A stretch of DNA of 64,000 bases from a virus (lineage: Duplodnaviria > Caudoviricetes), in IMG/VR virus record IMGVR_UViG_3300042691_038938, one strand, 5' to 3'. The position numbers were made by a program, and so were the translations under genes. Numbering within the stretch: position 1 is the first letter of the stretch; each line of letters starts with the position of its first letter. Shown here piece after piece: positions 36,496-45,149 of this stretch. The notes under the pieces were generated by a model. That model saw only the letters and a program-made list of their open reading frames with translations, was not told where the DNA came from and ran no database searches.

Positions 36496-37150
36496 CGCTC
36501 AGTCTTTTATAAAGGAGAGTATTTCTTCGATATTATCGCAAAATATTTTAATTCAAGTTGTTGTGATAGACGACGGATCAATCGATAAAACAGTTTCTCA
36601 AATTCCTAAAAATTCAAACATCAATGTGATACGAAACCTCAAAAACATGGGAACGTATTATTCAATTAATCGAGCTCTAGTTTCCTCAGCTTCCGATCCT
36701 TCATGGACCCACTTTACCGTTCATGGAGCAGACGATGTTTCCCTTCCTGGAAGATTTAAAGCACAGCTTTCTAAATTTTCAAACGGAATCTTAGCAGTCG
36801 GCTGTGGTTACAATAGAGTTGACCACTCAACTGGGAAAGTAATGAGTACTACCTTGAAGACTGATGAATCAGTTCTAATTTTTTCAAGAAAGGTTTTTGA
36901 ATCCATTGGATACTATGCGACTCACAGAGTAGGAAGCGATACTGAATACAAGAAGCGCCTCTTACTATGTCATCCAAAATCCATTTCGACAGTTCCTAGG
37001 GTACTAATAAAATCCTATTTACATGGAGAAAACTTGACTAAAAAAATACCGCTCGGTGGATCAGTTAGAAAGAAGGTAGTAGAGTCATTTACCTCGAGTC
37101 ACAGAGAAATGGTTAAAACTAAAAATTATTATCAGAAATTCAATCCATGA
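36464..37150 (+). CDS. glycosyltransferase family 2
   Basis: VIVPAYN, VIDDGSID, NMGTYYSIN, GADD, SDTEY. Confidence 0.88.
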   Translation: MKLLVIVPAYNAQSFIKESISSILSQNILIQVVVIDDGSIDKTVSQIPKNSNINVIRNLKNMGTYYSINRALVSSASDPSWTHFTVHGADDVSLPGRFKAQLSKFSNGILAVGCGYNRVDHSTGKVMSTTLKTDESVLIFSRKVFESIGYYATHRVGSDTEYKKRLLLCHPKSISTVPRVLIKSYLHGENLTKKIPLGGSVRKKVVESFTSSHREMVKTKNYYQKFNP

Positions 37151-37974
37151 AATTAGGAGTAGCATACATAGTGTTCGACGGGATAGAGCTTCTTGAACAT
37201 TCAATAAGACAGATACGCCCTCACGTTGATCACATCAACGTGATCTATCAAAATCATTCATGGTTTGGCACTCCCATCTCAAAGGAAGATTTAATCAAGC
37301 TCAAGTCTCTAACGTCGGCTCGACTTATAGATGAGCTCACACTATTTAACGACTTTTCTCCCATTCGAGTCAAGAATCATCAGGGAATAATGAAGGCAAA
37401 GGGATACGAGCGAACCAAGCGACAGTTGGGTCTAAGTATCACTCTTAATCGTGGGTGCACTCATTATCTTTGCATGGACGTTGATGAATTCTACAAGTCA
37501 GAAGAATTTGCTAAGGCTAAGTCTGAGATAATCAGCAAAGGATATGACCAGACCGCCGTTAGACTCATCAATTACGTCAACGTTCCTATCGTTCATCGAG
37601 GATATGATTCCATCAGGGTTCCTTTCATCTGTAGGATAGACCGTTCGACTAAGATGACTCCTTCATTCTTCGTTAAGTGTGATCCTACTAGGGGACTTAC
37701 TAGCGCAAGTAAGAATAAACATGAATTCGCTCCAAGCATTATCACAATGCATCACATGGAAACAGTAAGAAAGAATCTGACCCTAAAGTATGACTCTACC
37801 ACTCGAGCAGTATTTGCTCGCGCTAGAACTTCTGAGCTAGTTGATAGTATTAAGAATGTAAACGAGAAAAGTTCTAATTTCAGTTTTAAGAAGATAATAT
37901 TTCCTGGACTGAATTCGATAAAACTGATTCAGTGTGAGAACATATTTAATATACCTTATCAAAAATGGAAATAA
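37147..37974 (+). CDS. GT-A fold glycosyltransferase-like protein
   Basis: LGVAYIVFDG start, CMDVDEFY DxD motif, MHHM. Confidence 0.65.
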   Translation: MKLGVAYIVFDGIELLEHSIRQIRPHVDHINVIYQNHSWFGTPISKEDLIKLKSLTSARLIDELTLFNDFSPIRVKNHQGIMKAKGYERTKRQLGLSITLNRGCTHYLCMDVDEFYKSEEFAKAKSEIISKGYDQTAVRLINYVNVPIVHRGYDSIRVPFICRIDRSTKMTPSFFVKCDPTRGLTSASKNKHEFAPSIITMHHMETVRKNLTLKYDSTTRAVFARARTSELVDSIKNVNEKSSNFSFKKIIFPGLNSIKLIQCENIFNIPYQKWK

Positions 37975-37983
37975 TTTTAAGAA

Positions 37984-38667
37984 ATGTCTAAAATAGCTTT
38001 GGAATTTACAACAACTGCCTGTAATCGGCCTTCAGTATTAAACGCAACATATGCATCATATTGTAAGAATCTTACAGGCATAGACTTTTCAAAAAGCACA
38101 GTATATTTGAATGTTGATCCTGCGCCTGATTCTAAAAATATTCAAATGGTAGAGGAAGTTGCAAGGAAATATTTCGGCACAGTTATTGTTAATTATTCAT
38201 CTTCTCCTAATTTTGCAGCAGCGGCTCTTTGGTGTTTTTCTCAAGTAAAGGGTGAATTTTTTTTTCATTTGGAAGACGATTGGAAACTTATGAAGGCTAT
38301 TAACATCCATTCGATGATCTCAAAACTAGGAACATCTAATTTACAGTGTGTATTAAATAAGGGAAGGACTTCAATTACAATAAAGGAGACTGGTGAACCA
38401 TGTTTTGTTCCTTCTCTAATCGCAACGCAATATTGGAAAAAATATCTAACTAACTTTAGACTTGATATTAATCCTGAATATCAAATGAAAGTTCTTTTTA
38501 AAAATAAGTCGACTGGTTTATTTAAAAATCGCTCAATTTATTATAATCCGGCTCAAGAGCTTTCAAAAGATATTGGTCGATCATGGTTAATGGCAAATAA
38601 ACTAGCTAGAAGTTATACTCCGGGAGCAAAATGGTCTCCTTGGATAAAATGGAGAAATAAAAAATGA
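37984..38667 (+). CDS. GT-A fold glycosyltransferase-like protein
   Basis: TTACNRP, LNVD, FFHLEDDW motif. Confidence 0.65.
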   Translation: MSKIALEFTTTACNRPSVLNATYASYCKNLTGIDFSKSTVYLNVDPAPDSKNIQMVEEVARKYFGTVIVNYSSSPNFAAAALWCFSQVKGEFFFHLEDDWKLMKAINIHSMISKLGTSNLQCVLNKGRTSITIKETGEPCFVPSLIATQYWKKYLTNFRLDINPEYQMKVLFKNKSTGLFKNRSIYYNPAQELSKDIGRSWLMANKLARSYTPGAKWSPWIKWRNKK

Positions 38668-39548
38668 AAACACTAATCATTGCTGAGATCGGAATTAATT
38701 ATGCATATGGTGAGTCTCAATCTCTCTTTATGGATAATATAAAGAGACTTATCGACGTAGCGAAAGTTTCTGGTGTAGATTACGTTAAGTTTCAAAAACG
38801 CAATCCTGAATCTTGCGTTCCTCAAAATGAGAGAGATAAACCTAAAAGGGTTCCTTGGAGAAAAGAAGAGACTACCTATCTGCATTATAAAAAAGACATT
38901 GAGCTTTGGCAAAAGGAATTTGATGAGATCGACGATTACTGTCGAGAAAAGGAGATAGGCTGGTTCGCGTCAGTCTGGGACAAGGATTCAGTGGATTTCA
39001 TGAGAAGATACACAAGTCCTTTACCGAACGGCAAGTGGGGAATCATGCTTAAGATACCATCTGCGTTAATCACGGATCTTAGCCTAGTACAATACGCTAA
39101 AGAGTGTTCAGATTTTCTTCTCATCTCTACTGGCATGAGCAGGCAGAGTGAGATCGATCTTGCTATCGAGACAGGCGAGCCAGATGTAGTGTTCCATACA
39201 AATTCAACCTACCCTTCTCCAGTATCAGAGCTAAAATTAGATTACATACCATATCTCAATCACATCTCAATTGAATTTAAGAAGAAGTTTGAAGTAGGGT
39301 ATTCCGGTCATGAGTTTGGGCTAAACACCACTCTTGCTGCTAATCTTTTGGGCGCAAGGTGGATTGAACGACACATAACATTAGACCGAACTCACTGGGG
39401 TAGCGATCAGATGGCCTCAGTTGAACCGCAAGGCTTGATTAAATTGGTAAAGAGCATTAGAGACATTGAGCTCTCCAGGGGAGGATATGGCGCTAGAGAA
39501 GTCCTAGCCTCAGAAAAAGAAAAAAGAAAAACACTTAGAGGAAAATGA
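38664..39548 (+). CDS. N-acylneuraminate/nonulosonate synthase (NeuB-like, no antifreeze-like domain)
   Basis: IIAEIGIN, VKFQKR, KIPSA, ISTGMS, HTNSTYP, GYSGHE, ERHITLDR, GSDQ.AS.EP. Confidence 0.92.
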   Translation: MKTLIIAEIGINYAYGESQSLFMDNIKRLIDVAKVSGVDYVKFQKRNPESCVPQNERDKPKRVPWRKEETTYLHYKKDIELWQKEFDEIDDYCREKEIGWFASVWDKDSVDFMRRYTSPLPNGKWGIMLKIPSALITDLSLVQYAKECSDFLLISTGMSRQSEIDLAIETGEPDVVFHTNSTYPSPVSELKLDYIPYLNHISIEFKKKFEVGYSGHEFGLNTTLAANLLGARWIERHITLDRTHWGSDQMASVEPQGLIKLVKSIRDIELSRGGYGAREVLASEKEKRKTLRGK

Positions 39549-39844
39549 AGATAACTCCAAAAAAGATCCTTCAGTTCTTTGAAGGCAACATCAAGATGTT
39601 GGGAGACATGTTTTATCTCCTACCTGAACATGAAAAAGAACAAGTATTCTTTAGATCTCAGATCTGTAAGGAAGAGTGTGTGAAGCTAGGATATTGCGTT
39701 TACTGCGGTTGCGACGTCCCGGGAAAGCTGTATGTAAAAGAGTCTTGTAATGGAGGAGAAAGATTTCCTGATCTCATGTCAAAGAAGGACTGGGAAGAGT
39801 ATAAAAAGGAAAATAACATTGAGGTAAATGATCTATTACATTGA
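39545..39844 (+). CDS. small Cys-rich protein
   Basis: C-x3-C...CVYCGC...C; inside the glycan operon. Confidence 0.65.
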   Translation: MKITPKKILQFFEGNIKMLGDMFYLLPEHEKEQVFFRSQICKEECVKLGYCVYCGCDVPGKLYVKESCNGGERFPDLMSKKDWEEYKKENNIEVNDLLH

Positions 39845-40127
39845 CATTGACGACACGATATGTACTCTATCTGAGTCCATGAACTATGGATCAGCTACAC
39901 CCATTCCAAAAGCCATTGAGAAGGTGAATCGTCTCTATGAAGAAGGCCATCGCATCGTCTTCTGGACTGCTAGAGGGACTGTTAGTGGCAAGGATTGGAG
40001 ACAGTTAACTGAGAGTCAACTCATCTCTTGGGAAGTAAAATATCATGAGCTCAAATTCGGTAAACCTGCATACGATTTCTTCATAGACGATAAAAACATC
40101 AATTCGAATGATTGGCTCAGCAAGTAA
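39828..40127 (+). CDS. minimal HAD phosphatase
   Basis: DIDDTI motif I, WTARG motif II, GKP..D.FIDDK motifs III/IV. Confidence 0.88.
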   Translation: MIYYIDIDDTICTLSESMNYGSATPIPKAIEKVNRLYEEGHRIVFWTARGTVSGKDWRQLTESQLISWEVKYHELKFGKPAYDFFIDDKNINSNDWLSK

Positions 40128-40719
40128 CGTAAAGGTACTTGTCCTAGGCAACGATCCTCAGATCAACACCATTGATTTTGACAGATTGAAGCCTGAAGTG
40201 ATCACACTGGGCGTGAATAGGATCTGGTTGAAACACATACCTGACTATCTTTTTTTCAATGATATTCAGATCTTGACTGAGATTGAAAGACATCCTGAAA
40301 TAATGGCTCAACTTCAATCTAATACTAAGTGTTTTTCTAGTGATTGGATTAGGCATAAATTAAAAAGAACCATTCCTCAATGGATAGAAATACACCGACG
40401 AACCAACGCGATCTCTTTTCCAGACTCTGTAAGTACTGCAATAAATATCTTTTCATCTAATTTTTTAACTGATAAGCGGGTGACTTATTACCTTGCTGGA
40501 GTTTCCCTAAAATGGACTAATCCTAGTCACTTTTGGAAGGAGATGGAATACGAATCATTGAATAAACACGGTCAAGATTGGTACACCACGCGATTTGTTA
40601 AAATGTCGGAAAACTTTAGAAAGATAAAGGCCAGAGGAATACGCGTAATCTCAGTGAATCCCAACTCCAATCTAAATAAGATGTTTCGTTATGAGAGCAT
40701 TGATAACCTTTATAAGTGA
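40108..40719 (+). CDS. second MptE/Maf (DUF115)-like protein
   Basis: VLVLGNDPQI, TLGVNRI, YYLAGVSL, VISVNPNS. Confidence 0.55.
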   Translation: MIGSASNVKVLVLGNDPQINTIDFDRLKPEVITLGVNRIWLKHIPDYLFFNDIQILTEIERHPEIMAQLQSNTKCFSSDWIRHKLKRTIPQWIEIHRRTNAISFPDSVSTAINIFSSNFLTDKRVTYYLAGVSLKWTNPSHFWKEMEYESLNKHGQDWYTTRFVKMSENFRKIKARGIRVISVNPNSNLNKMFRYESIDNLYK

Positions 40720-41307
40720 TTACCCAGGAATGAGTGAGATTGCAGTAGTCACTGCGCTAAGTGCTCCAACTAGTCCAAGTATTGCGCTAGGTAGCTCAAA
40801 CTTTAGTTTAGACGCTATCAAGATCAAATTAGTCAGTGCCGATGTTGCGATAGAAAGGCTCTTCAATAGAGTCTTTTTAGTCTGAGTCGCTACTCCTAAC
40901 GTATACGCAGGATTAGCACTAGATGGGGGCACTGAGATTGATGGAGGAACTACAACTAATGCTGCAACTGTCTGTGCCTCAGTAGGGATAGAATCGATCG
41001 CCTCTTTCGCGATCTTATACTCCTGTTTCATCTTTGTGATGTCCTCCTCCACTGCAGGTTTTATGTTCTTCTTCATTGTTTCAACCGCCTCCTTCGCTTT
41101 GGCATCAGCTTCAGCTTTAGCCTCTTCTTCTGACATTCCTCTTTCCACGTTTTCTTTACGTTCATCCTCAATAAGTTTAAGGTAATTTGCCATTCCCTCA
41201 TCCTTCTTTACCAGATTTTCGATGACGGTGTCTGTATTGAGTCCAGGAATGCTCTCTCCTAAATCTCCTAATTTTAACGCGGAAGATAATTGTGCTTCTA
41301 TTGCCAT
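40720..41307 (-). CDS. hypothetical protein (coiled coil plus hydrophobic C-terminus)
   Basis: Last gene of the baseplate operon; abuts the convergent glycan operon. Confidence 0.7.
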   Translation of the reverse strand: MAIEAQLSSALKLGDLGESIPGLNTDTVIENLVKKDEGMANYLKLIEDERKENVERGMSEEEAKAEADAKAKEAVETMKKNIKPAVEEDITKMKQEYKIAKEAIDSIPTEAQTVAALVVVPPSISVPPSSANPAYTLGVATQTKKTLLKSLSIATSALTNLILIASKLKFELPSAILGLVGALSAVTTAISLIPG

Positions 41308-41309
41308 AA

Positions 41310-41966
41310 TTATTTAGTTTTTGAAGTCTTGCTCAAGAGAGCACTAGGTAAAGGTAGAGCCGGTGGCGCTCCAGCCGATGGGTGAGTGTGAGTGTCAAAG
41401 AAAGTCTTAAATGAGTCTCCCTTGATCACAGATTCGGCGGCGTCTTTTCCAAGCTCAATATTTGGAGAATCGATCACTACTTTATTTGAAGTCTTTACTG
41501 TGATCAGGTTATTAGGATCGATGTTTATGCTTGCCTCCTTTATTGATATCGTGAGTCCCTTACCCACAGTAAACCAGATCTTTAATTCTTGATCTCCATC
41601 AAAAAGGATCACATGAGAGCCGTCATACTCACTATTGAGCTCATCCTTTACGTCCTGTGCAAGTTCCTGAATCGCAAAGTATTCTGGAGAATAAGGATTA
41701 CCGTTGTCGAATCTTACTGCGACCACACTATTTACCTTGGGAACTGATACTGATCCTCCGCCTCCTCCTTGTCCAAAAAAGACTGATCTGTTCTTAGGGT
41801 AGGCCCACGGCAAGTCCTCTGCAGCGATGTCATCATGCACTCCAAAGACTCTGACCCTAGCTCTGCCCTCTTTGCGAGGATCGTCTATTGCCACAATGGT
41901 TCCCAAGAACTGTTTGTCTAAGAAGTCCTCTGCGTCCCTATTCGATATGTCGTGATTCGTCATCAT
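41310..41966 (-). CDS. baseplate central spike protein, gp5 OB-fold type
   Basis: GTIVAIDDP..GRARVRVFGVH, LPWA, VPKVNSVVAVRFDNG, C-terminal HTH motif (HTHP); no lysozyme domain. Confidence 0.85.
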   Translation of the reverse strand: MMTNHDISNRDAEDFLDKQFLGTIVAIDDPRKEGRARVRVFGVHDDIAAEDLPWAYPKNRSVFFGQGGGGGSVSVPKVNSVVAVRFDNGNPYSPEYFAIQELAQDVKDELNSEYDGSHVILFDGDQELKIWFTVGKGLTISIKEASINIDPNNLITVKTSNKVVIDSPNIELGKDAAESVIKGDSFKTFFDTHTHPSAGAPPALPLPSALLSKTSKTK

Positions 41967-41995
41967 TAAATTATATCCTGTTTCTCCATTGAGTT

Positions 41996-43075
41996 TTATT
42001 GACCGTATATGTTTCCTAAATCCTTAGTCGTCGGGTTTATGAACTGGGTTGCTGCAGCTAGGCTTGGATTGATCAAGCCACCGATTGATTCAAGAGAAGA
42101 CTTGAATTGGTCAGCTGCGCTACCGATTGCCTTTCCTACTAGAGGTAGATTACTTGCGCTATTCAGCACGTTCGCTCCTTGTGAGTTAATGTTTCTGTAA
42201 CTCCATGGGTTATTTACTTCCGACATTGACGGATCGTCTACTAGCTTAGTTCCGTCCTGATACTCGCTCTCTTCCTCAAAGAAGCCGATGTTTATGCTGA
42301 ATGCGTTTGTCGCAGCTTCTTTTCCAGCAGAGACTCCTAATGATGCACCTCCTGCGAAACTCTTCGTAAAGTCAAAAGTACACTGTCGACACTTGAATTT
42401 AATATAGCCGAACTGTTTTAGCACGCTAGCAACGTCTAGTTCACTAGAAAAGGCGCTTCCTGCATTTGCCAATTGGGTAGCGATAGTGTTTATTCCGCCA
42501 GTATTGATTCCAAACGTGTTTGCTAGGGCACCGACATTTCCTCCTAATGTGTATCGAATGTTCCTAACTTCGGCCACATAGATGTCCATTGCAAACCACT
42601 GCAGGTTATCCGGCAGTCTCTCCTTTAGGTGAGTCTTATCGAATATCGCTCCTCTATAGAGGTTAGCCAACTCAGTTATCCTAAGGTCAATCGCCTCTAG
42701 TGTGCTTATTGTGATTGAAGTTTCTTTACTTCCTTTGGCAATGTCCGTTCCCTTAGTCCACATTGAATCAAGACCGGTGATCGACTGAAAGTACCATGGT
42801 GCATTAAAAGTAATGTATTCTAAGATCTCCTTAAAGGTCTTGATCTGTGCTTCTTTGTCCTTGTGACCGACTGATCCAAAGTATCGCTGTGCGCTGTTAG
42901 ACGCCTCTGGCTTTGCAAAAAGTGGGCTTGTCCAGAGTATGTCTCCGAAGGGCGCAGCTTCCTCAAACCTAAAATCGATTGAAAAAGTCAAGTAAGTCGG
43001 CTCGTCGTATCGATCGAAGTTTAAGCCTTTTCTAAAGGTATTTACCTTGTTCTGTATTCCGTAAAAGTTATGCAT
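41996..43075 (-). CDS. putative baseplate/tube-related structural protein
   Basis: Position in the baseplate operon; TLEAIDLRIT...YR pattern is tube-like (weak). Confidence 0.45.
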   Translation of the reverse strand: MHNFYGIQNKVNTFRKGLNFDRYDEPTYLTFSIDFRFEEAAPFGDILWTSPLFAKPEASNSAQRYFGSVGHKDKEAQIKTFKEILEYITFNAPWYFQSITGLDSMWTKGTDIAKGSKETSITISTLEAIDLRITELANLYRGAIFDKTHLKERLPDNLQWFAMDIYVAEVRNIRYTLGGNVGALANTFGINTGGINTIATQLANAGSAFSSELDVASVLKQFGYIKFKCRQCTFDFTKSFAGGASLGVSAGKEAATNAFSINIGFFEEESEYQDGTKLVDDPSMSEVNNPWSYRNINSQGANVLNSASNLPLVGKAIGSAADQFKSSLESIGGLINPSLAAATQFINPTTKDLGNIYGQ

Positions 43076-44561
43076 TTAGGGTCGTGATTGTTTTTGATGG
43101 AGTCCACTCTCTCTTCGTTAGAAATAGTTCTGTCCAGAATAGCATCTTGTCCTTAGGATCAAAGTAATACCTGGCTCCCTTAACGTAATATTTCCCACTT
43201 AATTGAGTGTCAATGGATTCTGATCCTAATTCTTTATTTTGAGCGTTAGCCGTATTCTCTTCCAAGTTAGCATCCTTTCTGAGCTTTTCAGCCATCTTTA
43301 CTGTTATGAATAGCGGAATAGCTGATCCTCGAATCACATTGAAATTGATTCCTTTTAATCTCACCTTAAGTTGCAGCTTTTCTAATTCTTGCATGTTATG
43401 AGTATTAAAGACTCGAGCAGCATTCCAGTGTTCGTGAGTGTTTCCATAGTTAATGTCCATCCATTTCTTATGACCTACCTCAGTCATTCCCTCGTTCTGA
43501 GGAACTAGCATGGCGTCTTCTGATGCTCCTGGAGAAGTAAGCGGAACCGTCCAAAAAGTCTTGAACTTTTTGGCCTCATCGGGTTCTACTTGATCGTAAT
43601 AATAGATCTGTTTCTTGTAACCGGAAGATCTTAAAACGTTTCCCTGATCAGAGATCAAATTCGCTTCATAGATGTAATTTATCTTATTCTTATAACCTAC
43701 CTGGTTTGTCAGAAAGTTAACGACCGTGTCTTCAGATATTCCCTGTTTTAACTGAGAATTCTTTTGAGTCTGGTCAGAGTCTGCTTGCAAAGCGTCTGCC
43801 CATGAATTAAAGGTCAGGTCAGTCTCTGCTGGAACTATTTGTGTGTTCACTTCAATTAGAGCTAACATGAGTTCTTTACTAATGAATGATGTAAAGAACG
43901 ACTCATCGTTTTGATAAGCGTGCTCTGCTACATGTCGAATAAAATTTAGAGGACTGCTACAGAAATTTATCCAAGTCATGGCATCGGCCGGTGAGTAGTC
44001 GTTCTCTACAAAACCTAGACCCAATTCTTGACAGATCTGTTGAAGAGCTTCCTTTGATGTAGAATTAGGATAACTCTTAGCCGCGTTATTGTGTAACCTA
44101 GGAATAAACAGCTCCCCAGAAACAAGATAAGTTATGTTCTTAGTCAGCTCTACGTTGTCTCCTGAATTACGAGGAGCTATCGACTTCATGCTAGCAATCA
44201 GGAAGTCCGCTCTTACTGGTTTTAAGTTTGGATTAGGAGACTTTAGATATACGCTTGCAAGCAAATGCTTTTTAGGATATGTGTTTCCTGAAAACTCTCC
44301 AGCCGAATCCTTAAAGATGAGAGTAAGCTTAGGTAAGAAAGCAGTCTCATCAATAGTCATCGATTCAATATTTGTGACTACCTGTCCTCCTATTTTCACA
44401 AAGGGCACAGTTGATCCCGCCTTTTGAGCAACATCAGGATACACAGTCGACTCTTTAGTTATGGAAGGAGTCGTAGAATCTTTCGATGTATCCAAATCAA
44501 AAAGATCAACCATCTTGATCGATGGTTGAATAGTAGTCTTTAATGTCTGTTTAAATGCCAT
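43068..44561 (-). CDS. putative baseplate hub protein
   Basis: 497 aa, between gp53-like and gp5 genes; ends GKYYV...H/Y.F...TELFL as in hub-type proteins. Confidence 0.5.
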   Translation of the reverse strand: MAFKQTLKTTIQPSIKMVDLFDLDTSKDSTTPSITKESTVYPDVAQKAGSTVPFVKIGGQVVTNIESMTIDETAFLPKLTLIFKDSAGEFSGNTYPKKHLLASVYLKSPNPNLKPVRADFLIASMKSIAPRNSGDNVELTKNITYLVSGELFIPRLHNNAAKSYPNSTSKEALQQICQELGLGFVENDYSPADAMTWINFCSSPLNFIRHVAEHAYQNDESFFTSFISKELMLALIEVNTQIVPAETDLTFNSWADALQADSDQTQKNSQLKQGISEDTVVNFLTNQVGYKNKINYIYEANLISDQGNVLRSSGYKKQIYYYDQVEPDEAKKFKTFWTVPLTSPGASEDAMLVPQNEGMTEVGHKKWMDINYGNTHEHWNAARVFNTHNMQELEKLQLKVRLKGINFNVIRGSAIPLFITVKMAEKLRKDANLEENTANAQNKELGSESIDTQLSGKYYVKGARYYFDPKDKMLFWTELFLTKREWTPSKTITTLNA

Positions 44562-44563
44562 CT

Positions 44564-45148
44564 TTAGAACTTTCCTTTATTCTTTAACTGATCTTGTACT
44601 CGGCTTCGTGCCAATGAATTGCTCTGGGTGGAACTAGCGTTTTGAGTCATGTCTGGACCAAAAAGCACGATACCGTCAACTACTCTCACGTTCTGTGCAC
44701 CAGTAAGGTTCACGTTTGGAGGAACCACTTCAGAGACTTTAGTCCTTAGTGATTCAAGTCGTCTCTTGTCCTTGTCCGACTTGGGATTCATTATCTTCTG
44801 TTCGTTCTTCTTTTGAGGTTCAGTCCCTTTTTCTGGAACAGTGGTCGGAGCGACTATCATCTTTCGAATCTTATTGATTGACGGAACTAAAAGTATCTCT
44901 CCCAAGTCAAGTGAGAAGGGATTAGAGATTCCATTATACTTAAGAAGAACATCCCAGTTATCGTATTCTGAGTATACTTTCATCGACATTAGATCAGGTC
45001 TCATTACTTCAAACTCACTCACAAAAATGTTTCCTAGTGCGATACCGTTCTCGTCGAATTTATAGGTCGCACTCATCAGGTCTGCGATCGATTCGCCATT
45101 CACATTCTTAATAAAGCTCTTAGTTCTTAATAGTTTACTTACGATCAT
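44564..45148 (-). CDS. baseplate wedge gp53-like (LysM-like) protein
   Basis: RPDLMS.KVY....WDVLLKYNGISNPF.L..GEIL.VP. Confidence 0.75.
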   Translation of the reverse strand: MIVSKLLRTKSFIKNVNGESIADLMSATYKFDENGIALGNIFVSEFEVMRPDLMSMKVYSEYDNWDVLLKYNGISNPFSLDLGEILLVPSINKIRKMIVAPTTVPEKGTEPQKKNEQKIMNPKSDKDKRRLESLRTKVSEVVPPNVNLTGAQNVRVVDGIVLFGPDMTQNASSTQSNSLARSRVQDQLKNKGKF

Positions 45149-45149
45149 C

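Noticed and set aside
29469-40719. Bacterial chromosomal capsule/LPS locus joined to the phage by misassembly
   Set aside because: The block begins with the phage-type two-box promoter found elsewhere in the window, abuts phage genes with no gap (40719/40720), and has no export or polymerase genes. Read coverage would be needed to exclude misassembly fully.
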